39,564 nt of DNA, taken from the IMG/VR virus record IMGVR_UViG_3300017700_000830, positions 1-39,564 of that record, one strand, 5' to 3'. The DNA is from a virus. Lineage: Duplodnaviria; Caudoviricetes. The notes beneath the pieces were generated by a model. The model did no database searches. It saw nothing but the letters and a program-made list of their open reading frames with translations, and had not been told where the DNA came from. Shown here one piece after another: positions 25,863 through 35,157 of this stretch. Each line of letters starts with the position of its first letter. Within the stretch, counting starts at the first letter, position 1. The position numbers were made by a program, and so were the translations under genes.

Positions 25863-26183
25863 ATGACTGCAACCAAGAAAACCAAATCCACCGCCGCTGA
25901 CAAAGCCGGCGCTTCTGCTGCACCCGCCAAGAAAACCAAGGCTGCTGCAAAACCTGCTGCCAAGAAAGAAAAAGGCGTCTTCGGCCCCCGCGCTGTTCCT
26001 GAAGGCCACACCGGCATCAACGCCCTGGCCGAAAAGATCGGCATCACGCCAGCAGTCGCCCGCCGCAAACTGCGCGGCATGGAAAACATGTCCAAGCCTG
26101 AAGGCCAACACGGCTGGTACTGGAAGGACGGCTCCAAGGACCTGGCTGCCGTGACCAAGGCCCTGACCCCTGCAGCCGAGTAA
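25863..26183 (+). CDS. Histone-H1-like Lys/Ala-rich DNA-binding protein with HTH-like domain
   Basis: PAKKTKAAAKPAAKK; INALAEKIGITPAVARRKLR..KP..W.W; GGAG RBS. Confidence 0.75.
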   Translation: MTATKKTKSTAADKAGASAAPAKKTKAAAKPAAKKEKGVFGPRAVPEGHTGINALAEKIGITPAVARRKLRGMENMSKPEGQHGWYWKDGSKDLAAVTKALTPAAE

Positions 26184-26202
26184 ATCTTGGCCTCGACTGA
26201 TC

Positions 26203-26227
26203 AACCCGCTTCGGCGGGTTTTTCTTT
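26203..26227 (+). terminator. Rho-independent terminator
   Basis: AACCCGC-TTCG-GCGGGTT followed by TTTCTTT. Confidence 0.9.
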
Positions 26228-26236
26228 GCCTATACC

Positions 26237-26752
26237 ATGATTGAATCAACCCTCTGGAAACACCTCAAGCCTGAACTCAGGCGGTTGGGCAAGTTCCAAA
26301 AAATTTCAGACAGGTTCACCCCCGGGGTTCCTGATGTGCTAGGTTGCAGTGGAGCCGGCATTGCCATGGAACTGAAAGAATTCGATGGGGTTCGGGTTCT
26401 GAAGGTTAGTTTTCGGCCGGGTCAACTGGACTGGCTCAGGGACTGGTCCAAGGGTGGGGGAATCAGCTGGATCGTCGTAAGCCACAGGCAGACCGTGTAT
26501 GTGTTCCGCTGGCAGACAGGCCCGGAACTGGAGGAGGGGTGTTCTCCTGACCGTGTGGACAGGATAGCCCTTTTGAAGTTTACCAAGAACAGGGGCAATT
26601 CTTGGAAGGACTTTGTGACCCAATTAGCCGCCCTGGATGCCCGCATTGGGCCTGGCACGGTGGATCCATACCCCAGAAACGACAAAAACCCCGCCAGGAG
26701 CCGATTTGGCACTCCTGCGGGGCTTCTAAAGCTAGACTTTTCTAAGGCTTGA
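26237..26752 (+). CDS. VRR-NUC / Holliday junction resolvase-like nuclease
   Basis: ESTLW, PGVPD, MELK, RPGQ..WL, GG motifs. Confidence 0.82.
   Translation: MIESTLWKHLKPELRRLGKFQKISDRFTPGVPDVLGCSGAGIAMELKEFDGVRVLKVSFRPGQLDWLRDWSKGGGISWIVVSHRQTVYVFRWQTGPELEEGCSPDRVDRIALLKFTKNRGNSWKDFVTQLAALDARIGPGTVDPYPRNDKNPARSRFGTPAGLLKLDFSKA
26684..26722 (-). terminator. Late operon terminator embedded in the opposite-strand gene
   Basis: Minus strand CCCCGCAGGAG...CTCCTGGCGGGG-TTTTT, 20 nt after the spanin stop. Confidence 0.7.
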
Positions 26753-27266
26753 TCAGCCCCGGAACTGTCAGGGCGTCGTAATCGGCTTCACACCTGCCCC
26801 CTCGGATGTAGGCGCGGTCTGCAAATTCTGCAAGCGCTCCCGCTCTTTCGTCAATGCTGCGCTGCACGTAGGCAAGCAAATCAACGGCTTCGGTTCCTGC
26901 CTTGCGTTGCTCGTCAGTGGCGGTATTGCCGCAGGAGCGCTTCGCAGTGTCGGCGAGGTCTGTGGTGCGGTTCCGCAGCTTGACAGCAGCGCGGCCAGCA
27001 AGCTCGCCATCAGCACGTGCGGCTTGTAGTTCAGCAATTTGTTTGTCATCATTGGCTTTCTGCCGATCCAATCGGCGTTGAGTTTCCCTGGCATTGTTCA
27101 CACTGTCTTGAAGGGCCTCATTGGCTTGTCGGGCTTTGTCTTTGTCCCACAGGGACTGGATCTCGGCACGCCCGGTGTCTCGTTGGTCAGAAGCAAACCA
27201 GGCAACCGCACCGACAACTGCAGCAGCAATGGCCGCATACAAGATCAGTTTCATCCATAGAGTCAT
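26742..27266 (-). CDS. Inner membrane spanin (Rz-like)
   Basis: N-terminal TM, coiled-coil, AD......G..CE..YD.L ending; follows endolysin. Confidence 0.85.
   Translation of the reverse strand: MTLWMKLILYAAIAAAVVGAVAWFASDQRDTGRAEIQSLWDKDKARQANEALQDSVNNARETQRRLDRQKANDDKQIAELQAARADGELAGRAAVKLRNRTTDLADTAKRSCGNTATDEQRKAGTEAVDLLAYVQRSIDERAGALAEFADRAYIRGGRCEADYDALTVPGLIKP
26768..27052 (-). CDS. Outer membrane spanin lipoprotein (Rz1-like), nested in Rz
   Basis: Alternate frame; LLAALLSSC lipobox then Pro-rich mature part. Start approximate. Confidence 0.75.
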   Translation of the reverse strand: MMTNKLLNYKPHVLMASLLAALLSSCGTAPQTSPTLRSAPAAIPPLTSNARQEPKPLICLPTCSAALTKERERLQNLQTAPTSEGAGVKPITTP

Positions 27267-27275
27267 TGCGTTCTC

Positions 27276-27890
27276 CTAAATTAACGTAGCAAGTTTTTCG
27301 GTCAGGTGAACCACCTCCTTAATTCCGATCAGTCCGCCATTGACCTTCCGGCGAAGCTTTACGGTATCCCCCAGCATGGAGTCGGGGATGTCTCCCTCCC
27401 ACCAACGTCGTGCGGCCTCCAGGCCGAACCGGGGGCCTTCAATCAGGTGAGGCAGAATTACGAGATCCTGACCCATCAGATTACCGACGTGTATGTAGCC
27501 GGCCTGACCGGTCAGCATGATTGGACATCGTCCACGGAAGGTCCAGCCATCACCCGAGTTCTCGTCACCATTGCCCATGCGATTGGCATAGACCTTATTG
27601 GCGATTTTCTGAGGATTCTTGGCATATGGCAAAGCTGCAGTCACACTGGCGAACCGGCTTGGCCAGGTTTTCACCAAGCCTTCAGCGGAATAGTTAAGGT
27701 TCTCTTGCAGAGCTTCCAGCAACCCGCATTCATGAAGAATCTGTGGCAGCCAATCCAGCACGTCCTTGCGACCCTGACTGAATTTCTCGTACTGGATTTC
27801 ACCCTCAAAGGCTGGAGCCCATTTGACTGCGGTCAGATTCTTGACTCCCATCCCGGCCAGGATCCGGAGCCAATCTTTTTCGGTGATCAT
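27276..27890 (-). CDS. Endolysin, glycoside hydrolase family 19
   Basis: HEC...ENLNYS, IANKVYANRMGNG...GDGW.FRGR, VNGG..G; start at ATG 27890 (ATGA overlap). Confidence 0.88.
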   Translation of the reverse strand: MITEKDWLRILAGMGVKNLTAVKWAPAFEGEIQYEKFSQGRKDVLDWLPQILHECGLLEALQENLNYSAEGLVKTWPSRFASVTAALPYAKNPQKIANKVYANRMGNGDENSGDGWTFRGRCPIMLTGQAGYIHVGNLMGQDLVILPHLIEGPRFGLEAARRWWEGDIPDSMLGDTVKLRRKVNGGLIGIKEVVHLTEKLATLI

Positions 27891-28192
27891 GATGGATGCC
27901 TTTTCTGGAAACTTTGTGGCGGAGAGAAACGCCAGTGCGTAGCAGTGGAGATCTGAACGGCACAGAATGCCCCAAGTAAGACAATAACCACGATGTGCGG
28001 TTCGTACAGTGGAAACCACTTCCACAGGTCGTTGCCCCAGGGAGCTACACCCAGTACCAGGGAAGCCACTGCGGCACTTACCATTGAGAGTCGTATTGTG
28101 GGACGTGTCTGCCGTTCAGTCGTCTTAACAATTCTGCACCATCCCGTGAAAAGCAAAATGGCACAAAGAAGGGTATGTACTGTGGTCATCAT
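27887..28192 (-). CDS. Putative holin/antiholin (about 3 TM)
   Basis: Hydrophobic segments, adjacent to endolysin; start ATG 28192. Confidence 0.65.
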   Translation of the reverse strand: MMTTVHTLLCAILLFTGWCRIVKTTERQTRPTIRLSMVSAAVASLVLGVAPWGNDLWKWFPLYEPHIVVIVLLGAFCAVQISTATHWRFSPPQSFQKRHPS

Positions 28193-28590
28193 TTTGGTTC
28201 TCCTGGGTTTCCGTTCCGAATGAAACGAGCGACGAACATATCCATGATAGCACTGGCCCACCCCGGCCACTTGTCAGCGAGGAAGGTGATCCCGAATGCG
28301 ACAACCCCTGGCCACTTATCCGCTGGAAACCCTGTATAACGGGTAATCAGGGCCGAGGCGAAGGTGGTCAGTATCAGGGCGGTTCCAACCCAGGTCAAAA
28401 GATAAAATGCCGCCTTGATGCCGGGTCCACCCCAACCTGGCCGGGTGGCGAAGTCGATTTTTGCCACAGCATGCATAACACCGATAAGAGCACCCACTGC
28501 AATGAGTACATAGGTGCCAACATCAGGCGATAGGGCTATGGCCGTTGAGCCAACAGCAGCAACGACCAAATCCGAAGATGTAATGTTCAC
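28189..28590 (-). CDS. Putative holin (multi-TM)
   Basis: 3-4 hydrophobic segments, first gene of lysis cassette. Confidence 0.65.
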   Translation of the reverse strand: MNITSSDLVVAAVGSTAIALSPDVGTYVLIAVGALIGVMHAVAKIDFATRPGWGGPGIKAAFYLLTWVGTALILTTFASALITRYTGFPADKWPGVVAFGITFLADKWPGWASAIMDMFVARFIRNGNPGEPK

Positions 28591-28608
28591 GATTATTATC
28601 CTTTCAGG

Positions 28609-29658
28609 CTATCCGAGAAAGAGACGTACACCCGTCCCGAAGGATCCCTGCAGCACAGCTCCAGGTACACACACATCGCCATAGGTCGCCCCGGAGTGAG
28701 TGCTAACGGTCACTGCTTTTCCTGTCACCTCAAAGTGTGAACAGTTGGTGAGATTCAAATCACCGCTACAGGCGAGTCGACGAACGGTAATCTGGGTCGT
28801 ATTGGTGTTGCTGTTACCGCCGCCAGCGATGTAAAAGTTATTCCCGGAACCCAATCCTGCATAGACCCCGATGTTTTCCATGGTCCATTGCACAGCGGCT
28901 TGAATATAAATTCCGGTGTTTCTGCAACGAAACATCTGCAGATTTCTCACATCGCAAACCCGGATTCCTTGAGGCGATGTGCGGGCGGTTCCCACCGCCT
29001 GGAATCCGTCGTGCCAGTATGAGTTGCCCAAGGCGCTACAGTAGATGTCGTTGAACTCCATCTGGTCCGGCTGGAAGGTTGCGTCGCCCTGCAGGCGAAA
29101 AGCTGTCGCGGTTGAGTTGGGGTGACCGTCTTCCAGTAAGAGTCCTAAACCCTTAACCCCTCCTCCCGTATAGCCACCGGCCCCGGAGAAAGAAAAAGGG
29201 CATCCATCATCCGCGTCGTAAACGATTAGTGAGGCCATACTCCCTAGACCTTCAATCATGCAACCAGAACGTTGCGCGGCCGTGGGAGTGGTTTTCATCA
29301 ACCACGTGCCTGGAGGAACAATGACCTTGCCCCTTCCCCAAGTTGCCCTGATATCGGTAAGAGCCGCTGTCAGTGCAGGGCCGATATCAGACCCTGCCCC
29401 TACGCCAGTTCTTTTTGTCCACAGGCCAGGGCCGTACTGGGCATCCATGTAGTCCTGCAGGTTGACCACACCAGGAGAATTTGAGCCTCCGGACGGGCCT
29501 TCAGGGCCTTCTGGACCTTCAGGGCCTCTCAGCGACTCAAGCCACTCGACGACAGATCCTTCAAAGCCGTTGTCGCATGCCAGTTCATAATTGTTTTTCC
29601 CCGTAGGCAGCGCCTCGGACGGAATTGAAAAAAGTACTTGAATAGGAACGTCGCTCAT
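28609..29658 (-). CDS. Tail spike/fibre with collagen-like linker and pectate-lyase-like beta-helix
   Basis: GFEGSVVEWLESLRGPEGPEGPEGP; D.GPA.TAA...G.V.VPPGTW...IEGLG. Confidence 0.72.
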   Translation of the reverse strand: MSDVPIQVLFSIPSEALPTGKNNYELACDNGFEGSVVEWLESLRGPEGPEGPEGPSGGSNSPGVVNLQDYMDAQYGPGLWTKRTGVGAGSDIGPALTAALTDIRATWGRGKVIVPPGTWLMKTTPTAAQRSGCMIEGLGSMASLIVYDADDGCPFSFSGAGGYTGGGVKGLGLLLEDGHPNSTATAFRLQGDATFQPDQMEFNDIYCSALGNSYWHDGFQAVGTARTSPQGIRVCDVRNLQMFRCRNTGIYIQAAVQWTMENIGVYAGLGSGNNFYIAGGGNSNTNTTQITVRRLACSGDLNLTNCSHFEVTGKAVTVSTHSGATYGDVCVPGAVLQGSFGTGVRLFLG

Positions 29659-30914
29659 GCTTGGATCTCCGTGATGGTGAACATTTGTTTCGTGGCGGAA
29701 GCCGGTGCACCGGCGTTGTTCGTGGCGGCGCCCAGGCTGAAGGAACGAGCGGTCAGGGCCGAATTCGTCAATCGCGCGGTAATCGCCGCTGGGGCTTCTG
29801 ACGAAAGTGCTCCACTGGCTGTGGAGACCCCGATAGTTTGTTGATCACCGACCACCCCAGCGCCTTCCATCAATTGGTAGGTACCCACGGTGTTCGTAGC
29901 AGCCAGAATCGGTATCCGCGCTGCGAAAGTACACAGGATCACGATAATCGAGTTGGCACTTCGGGGTGTGATGGTCTTAACACTGCCACTCACATTCGTC
30001 GTGGAACCAGCAGTACTGGAGCCACCAGCATCCGAGGCGAAACTTACCATTTGCAGAACTTCTCCAGCCAGCTTGGCTGACACCATCCGCTCCACTAATG
30101 CCTGGGTGGCACTGATGAGAGTAACTCGACTTCTGTGGTTAGCCGGTATGTCATTTGCCGCGATGTTGCTGTACGTACCATCCGCATTCTCTTTGACAAG
30201 ATTCGGGGGAGTGGCAATTCCATTAAAGGCAATGGTTGGGTTGTTGCCGCTGGCCGCATTGAAATTCACGAAAATCGACATGCCAGTAGCGTAGGCCGCA
30301 TACGCAGGAACTGGAGTCACCGTATATGCCGTTGAACTTCCGCCGGTTGTGTAGACCGTGCTAGAGTTGTTTCCAAGCGATGAAACGCCGTATCCACTCA
30401 GAACAACATAGTCGGTTCCGTCGTAAATCACGTCGCTCTTGGTTCCGATCACAAGAGTTCCCGGGTTCGGAGCAGCTTTCGCCCCGCTGGGGCCATAGAT
30501 CATCAGACTTTTCGCTGTAAGCCCGTCGCGAGCAAGGGTTGGATTCACACCATTGGTAGCATGCCATTCAACCTGATAACGTTGATTCCCAGACAGGGCG
30601 GCGGCGACTGGGGTCGTCGTTAATGTGTAGGCAGTGAGCGTTCCGGCTGTAGTGAATGCCGTAGCGGCCTGGCTTTGTACGCTTGGTAGCGCCCCGTTCG
30701 ATAGTTTCAAGATATCAACCCAGGCAGTATCCGTGGAATTACGCTGCTTGAGCATATCGTTCGCCGTGTCAACCCACCACATAAAAGCGGTGGTATCAGC
30801 CGGTGCCGTAGCTCCACTGTTATTCGACCTTATGGCCGCAATGAAGTCGTTTAGGTCGCCTAAGAAGGCCAGACCATTTGCGTCATCTATCACTCCGTCG
30901 TGTTGCATAATCAA
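29655..30914 (-). CDS. Tail fibre protein
   Basis: QHD.VI...G..F..DLN...A..SNNSG..AP...WWVDT N-terminus; Thr/Ala/Gly-rich; follows J. Confidence 0.8.
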   Translation of the reverse strand: MIMQHDGVIDDANGLAFLGDLNDFIAAIRSNNSGATAPADTTAFMWWVDTANDMLKQRNSTDTAWVDILKLSNGALPSVQSQAATAFTTAGTLTAYTLTTTPVAAALSGNQRYQVEWHATNGVNPTLARDGLTAKSLMIYGPSGAKAAPNPGTLVIGTKSDVIYDGTDYVVLSGYGVSSLGNNSSTVYTTGGSSTAYTVTPVPAYAAYATGMSIFVNFNAASGNNPTIAFNGIATPPNLVKENADGTYSNIAANDIPANHRSRVTLISATQALVERMVSAKLAGEVLQMVSFASDAGGSSTAGSTTNVSGSVKTITPRSANSIIVILCTFAARIPILAATNTVGTYQLMEGAGVVGDQQTIGVSTASGALSSEAPAAITARLTNSALTARSFSLGAATNNAGAPASATKQMFTITEIQA

Positions 30915-33900
30915 TACCCTTTCGAAATATAGTCAAACACCCTTGATACCGGAACTCCAGTATCAAAGAACTCAATATCAAAGCCCCCAACCGTTTTATT
31001 GGTAATAGAGTAGTAGTCTCCCTCTCCCAGGTTTTGTGCGGTAATCCCTACGGCTGGGGCAATTACAAATGGCAATGAGTAGGTCACGGAATAAACCCCA
31101 GCACCACTCACCAAATCATTTCCCGACTCAAACCTGTCAGGCATATCCACGGTTACTCTCAGGGTGGATATCCCGATGTTATGGTTGAGGTAATTGCTGT
31201 AAAGAACAATTGAGAATTCAAAGGCTCGGCAGCGATAATCGCCGACCACGAAAGGTTGCCAATCGGTCCACGTAGGAGAACCCGTAGGGTCATCATCCGT
31301 GGTTCTGATCATGATGGTACAACCGACATCAGTGATAGGCCCGCCCAGCACTGACTCCCAGCTGGAAACCAATGGTCTAGAACTGATTAGGTCCAACGCA
31401 TCAAAGGCTCCAACAGACAGTCTAGCCGTAACCCGAGAGGTTTGAACGCTTTCAAGGTCAACACCGTTTGCGAAATAGTAAGTTCCCACAGAGCGGACTC
31501 CGCCGCCCAACAGGGACAGTAAAGGCCAGGTACTTACATTGCCAAGCTGTTGACCAATCGTTTCTATTGAGTCTAGTACCAGGTCTCCTCCAGGGGTGCG
31601 ATAGACCCCATCCTTGATTCCGGGAAATGAAGGATCCTCTATTAGTTCGGCGGTTTGGTTGAACGCTGTAACGTTCGGAGCCGTAGTACTGACACTAACA
31701 GCTTCTAGGCTTTCATTACCATTGGAATCAACCCACTTAGCCAGATAGGTACCGGCCAGTAATGGCAACACAGTATTAGAACTGTTGCCGGGAATTTGTG
31801 GGCCGATGTCAACAGTGTTGGTCCAACCCGGATCGGTTGTGAGAGACGTGTGCCGAATTCGCAGATGACCGCCAATTAACACGTCCAGATCAGTTGACGA
31901 ATCGAAGGTGATATGGGCAGCACCGCCGATGGCAGATAGATTCAAATTGGATACATTGGCTGGTCGGAGGGTTTTCCCATAAACAATTTTGGTAGCGGTA
32001 CGGGGTGGTGATCGACGGCCTAAGGAGTTCACTGCTACGAGAACGAACTCATATGTGCCCTCGGTGACAGGCTGAATGTCCACAGAAGATGACGTAGTGG
32101 TCAGTGCCAGCCAGTTACCCAACACATTCCGATATTGCAGTTCAAAATACGTAGCAACACCCAGCCACGATACAGTCAATCGAGTACCGACCAACACAGG
32201 GGTGATTGGGTACAGTGATTCGGTAACCGTAAGATCTGTGGGAGTGGGGGAATCTGGATTAACTGCTGACGTATTCAAAGGCTCCAGTACCAAGCCATTT
32301 TCGATAGCTTCGTACTTGTCTTCAAAATACGCCATGGCTGTAACTTCAGCCTGGGTTTCGTCCAACTCTTTAATAGAAATGATACGCCACGACTCGGGAT
32401 TCAAGTCAGATGCGGCTAGAACCCAGACAGCCATGGTCTGTGGGGCTGCGGAAAAGGCCGGAGTAACGCTGAGAGAGGCGGATAGTCCAGGGGAGTTGGT
32501 AACCGTTCGTTCTTCAACGGTTCCGTCTGGGAGCTTCGTCCACAGGGTGTAGGTTTTCCCCAGAACAATCTCGACTGGGGCATCCAGAGTAACCTCAAGG
32601 GTGGTAGCGGATATCAGCCTTCCCCCAAAACGAACTCCGGCCCTTACCGGATCGGAAATCTTAATGACATTTCCAGGGGCGATTGCGGCAGCGTCTAAGC
32701 CCACCCGGAAGGAAACTGCTTCCGTTTCAAGACGTTCAGAGAATAGTATGCGACGACCGAACCGATGTGCCTGGCCTCTTGAGGTACAACCCACTGCTAC
32801 GACTTGGGTTTGTATGACACCAAGTTGGGCAACCCCACTGATATCTTCCACATATTCAATTTTCTGACGGTAGCGGTCAGCGGGATCGTTCCAACTCACC
32901 AGGGCCACTGTGTGTCTAGCACGGATGCTACTACCGGCATAGCTAAAGTGTAAGCCTTCTTCATTTGCAACAGTGTTGGATGGATTGAAAAGGGCAATGG
33001 CATCAGATGGGGAGTCTTGACTAGCTACAACTGCCCCTCCTGCCCAATAGGTAATGGCACAGAAAACCGACGCCATTGCACTAATGACGTTATATGCCTC
33101 ATCCTGAGATTGTAGATAAAGACTGCAGGTAAAGCGGGGTTCTAATCCTCCAAGGCCATTGCTGACTAAAACGTCACAGTAACGACCGATTTGGTATAGG
33201 GACCATTTATCAACCTGATCCGCATTAAGGTAATCTCCCAACCCATAGCGACCGGTGGTCAGTAGGTCATAAAAACACCAGGCCGGATTGTCTGTCCAAG
33301 CGATAGAAAATGTTCCATCCCAGGATCCCGTATAAGCCCGGGTGACCGGGTTGTAGTTGCTTGGAATTCGGACCAACAAACCCTTCATTTCGAAGCCACG
33401 TCGGGGGATACTACGAAACCGTTCTGCATCAACAGCAAGGCCTACAAGGGCTGTGTTGGGATAGGTTAAACGAGCATCAATGATCTCAGTATAGCTATCG
33501 AAAAAGGTTCGATTTTGCAATGCCTGTGAAAGAGAGTTAGGGGTAATGCGGTTGACACGAACATCCCAGGGCCCCGTCCCGCTGAGTTCAATTCGATATG
33601 ACCGTTGATAGCGACTGGTAGTTTTACCCGTAATCGTATCGGTAATACGGTTTACATATCCCCCGCCGTTAGTTTGAATATCCACAGACAGAGACACGCT
33701 CGTGCCGGACACGTCTCCATTAGAGGTGTTTTGTTCACTGAGGGCAGGAATAGATACCGTGACCCGAATTGCATTGAGGTTAGGGTTGCTGATCGAACGT
33801 ACAACGGAAACCCCGGCTCGAACTTCAACCCCAACCGCGGTTTCTGCCTCAACCGCGGGAAAACCCGGAATATAAGTTTGGTTTTGTGTACCATTGCGGG

Positions 33901-34600
33901 TGTCTAGTGTGATCCCACTAAAGTTTGCAGTTCCGTCAGCGTTTTGAACGGGGGTGTCATCCAGGTAGACCGACTTTAAACCGTTTATCAAACCAACGAT
34001 TTCGCCTTCACTTACAGCATCCAAAACTCTGGCATACTGCCGAGAACGCAGACTGTCAGGAGACTCAACAGACACACGTGGAGCCCCGGAATCCTTACCG
34101 CCACCACCTCCATTGTGAACCCATATGCCATCGGCCGTATAGGTGTGAACTTCATCAACTTCAAAGTTATAGACGAAGTCATAATCAGCTCCTCGCTGAA
34201 TGCTAACCACAGCAGAGGCTTCCCCCTTCCCGGTATAAAGCATGTCTCCTGGTTGCAGTTCGTCAGCCCGGCAGAAATTAGGTTCTGCGTCGGTAGACTG
34301 TCGCGACGGGGTAAGAATGTAATGATTTCCAGTTACGTTCAGCGTACCCAGACGGTGTTGAACCTTCAACAGTGGGGAGGTGTATCCTACCTCACCGAAG
34401 GTGTGAATGAATGTTGCTGTAACCCGTTTTTCAACAACCGTCCCAGGTAATTGAGCAATTCCCTGTTCGAGTGAGATCCGGGTGGCGTATACAACGTCAC
34501 CAATACGGATATCTTCAACTCGTCGTGGCCCAATGGGGGTGCTGATAAGTGTTCCGGCTGGAAAACAGCCTCCACCACCGGACCCTTGAATTTGACGCAT
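30911..34600 (-). CDS. Tail tip / host specificity protein (lambda J-like) with N-terminal Hint insertion
   Basis: SEGEI.G, P.NYNP.TR.Y.G.WDG.F..AWTDNPAW, EPRFTC, GCTSRGQA.R; fibronectin-like C-terminal region. Confidence 0.93.
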   Translation of the reverse strand: MRQIQGSGGGGCFPAGTLISTPIGPRRVEDIRIGDVVYATRISLEQGIAQLPGTVVEKRVTATFIHTFGEVGYTSPLLKVQHRLGTLNVTGNHYILTPSRQSTDAEPNFCRADELQPGDMLYTGKGEASAVVSIQRGADYDFVYNFEVDEVHTYTADGIWVHNGGGGGKDSGAPRVSVESPDSLRSRQYARVLDAVSEGEIVGLINGLKSVYLDDTPVQNADGTANFSGITLDTRNGTQNQTYIPGFPAVEAETAVGVEVRAGVSVVRSISNPNLNAIRVTVSIPALSEQNTSNGDVSGTSVSLSVDIQTNGGGYVNRITDTITGKTTSRYQRSYRIELSGTGPWDVRVNRITPNSLSQALQNRTFFDSYTEIIDARLTYPNTALVGLAVDAERFRSIPRRGFEMKGLLVRIPSNYNPVTRAYTGSWDGTFSIAWTDNPAWCFYDLLTTGRYGLGDYLNADQVDKWSLYQIGRYCDVLVSNGLGGLEPRFTCSLYLQSQDEAYNVISAMASVFCAITYWAGGAVVASQDSPSDAIALFNPSNTVANEEGLHFSYAGSSIRARHTVALVSWNDPADRYRQKIEYVEDISGVAQLGVIQTQVVAVGCTSRGQAHRFGRRILFSERLETEAVSFRVGLDAAAIAPGNVIKISDPVRAGVRFGGRLISATTLEVTLDAPVEIVLGKTYTLWTKLPDGTVEERTVTNSPGLSASLSVTPAFSAAPQTMAVWVLAASDLNPESWRIISIKELDETQAEVTAMAYFEDKYEAIENGLVLEPLNTSAVNPDSPTPTDLTVTESLYPITPVLVGTRLTVSWLGVATYFELQYRNVLGNWLALTTTSSSVDIQPVTEGTYEFVLVAVNSLGRRSPPRTATKIVYGKTLRPANVSNLNLSAIGGAAHITFDSSTDLDVLIGGHLRIRHTSLTTDPGWTNTVDIGPQIPGNSSNTVLPLLAGTYLAKWVDSNGNESLEAVSVSTTAPNVTAFNQTAELIEDPSFPGIKDGVYRTPGGDLVLDSIETIGQQLGNVSTWPLLSLLGGGVRSVGTYYFANGVDLESVQTSRVTARLSVGAFDALDLISSRPLVSSWESVLGGPITDVGCTIMIRTTDDDPTGSPTWTDWQPFVVGDYRCRAFEFSIVLYSNYLNHNIGISTLRVTVDMPDRFESGNDLVSGAGVYSVTYSLPFVIAPAVGITAQNLGEGDYYSITNKTVGGFDIEFFDTGVPVSRVFDYISKGY
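34112..34567 (-). other. Hint domain (intein / bacterial intein-like), 152 aa
   Basis: CFPAGT.I (block A), TGNH (block B), VYNFEVDEVHTYTADGIWVHN (blocks F/G); next residue is Gly. Confidence 0.9.
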
Positions 34601-35157
34601 TAGATTTGCTCCGTGTATAAACCGGCGGAAATAACCTGTGACCCGATAATCAACGGGCCCCCATAAAAGAGCGGAACTGGGTTCCCTTGGGCGGCTGTAT
34701 TGACCGCCCCGTCAAAGGAATAGGACGGCTTGTTTTCCACACGCTCTACCCCGTTGTTGGAATTGGCGGCCGGTTTTGGAGCAAACAGAAGTTGAGCTAC
34801 TCCGCCGATAACCATGGAGAGACCAATATTCACCATCCAACCCTGACCAAAATAACTGCCAACCACAATAAGAATTGCTCCAAGCACGATATTGAGTGCT
34901 TTAGCCGATCCAGCAATGACGGGGACAATGCGAATACTCTTTTTAACCGGAACCGGATCAAGGAGATTTTCGACCGGCGTGCCTTCAGGGTCTCCGCCTA
35001 TCAAAACTCGGTATGATCCACCGTCAACAACGGCCTTTCGGAAACCGTCCAGAGTACAGGCCAAGGCGTGTACGGCTTCTGCGGGATTTTTCACATCTAA
35101 CTTATGCACCCGACCGAAGGTTTTACCCAAGTGGCCATATAGCATGATTAACATCAT
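34600..35157 (-). CDS. Tail assembly protein (lambda I-like)
   Basis: LYG.LG..FGR...L.V....EAV.AL; IRIVPVI.G; QGNPVP..YG...IGS.VISAG. Confidence 0.9.
   Translation of the reverse strand: MMLIMLYGHLGKTFGRVHKLDVKNPAEAVHALACTLDGFRKAVVDGGSYRVLIGGDPEGTPVENLLDPVPVKKSIRIVPVIAGSAKALNIVLGAILIVVGSYFGQGWMVNIGLSMVIGGVAQLLFAPKPAANSNNGVERVENKPSYSFDGAVNTAAQGNPVPLFYGGPLIIGSQVISAGLYTEQI

Noticed and set aside
34112-34567. Canonical mobile intein with homing endonuclease
   Set aside because: Only 152 aa, no LAGLIDADG/HNH motifs, and +1 residue is Gly.
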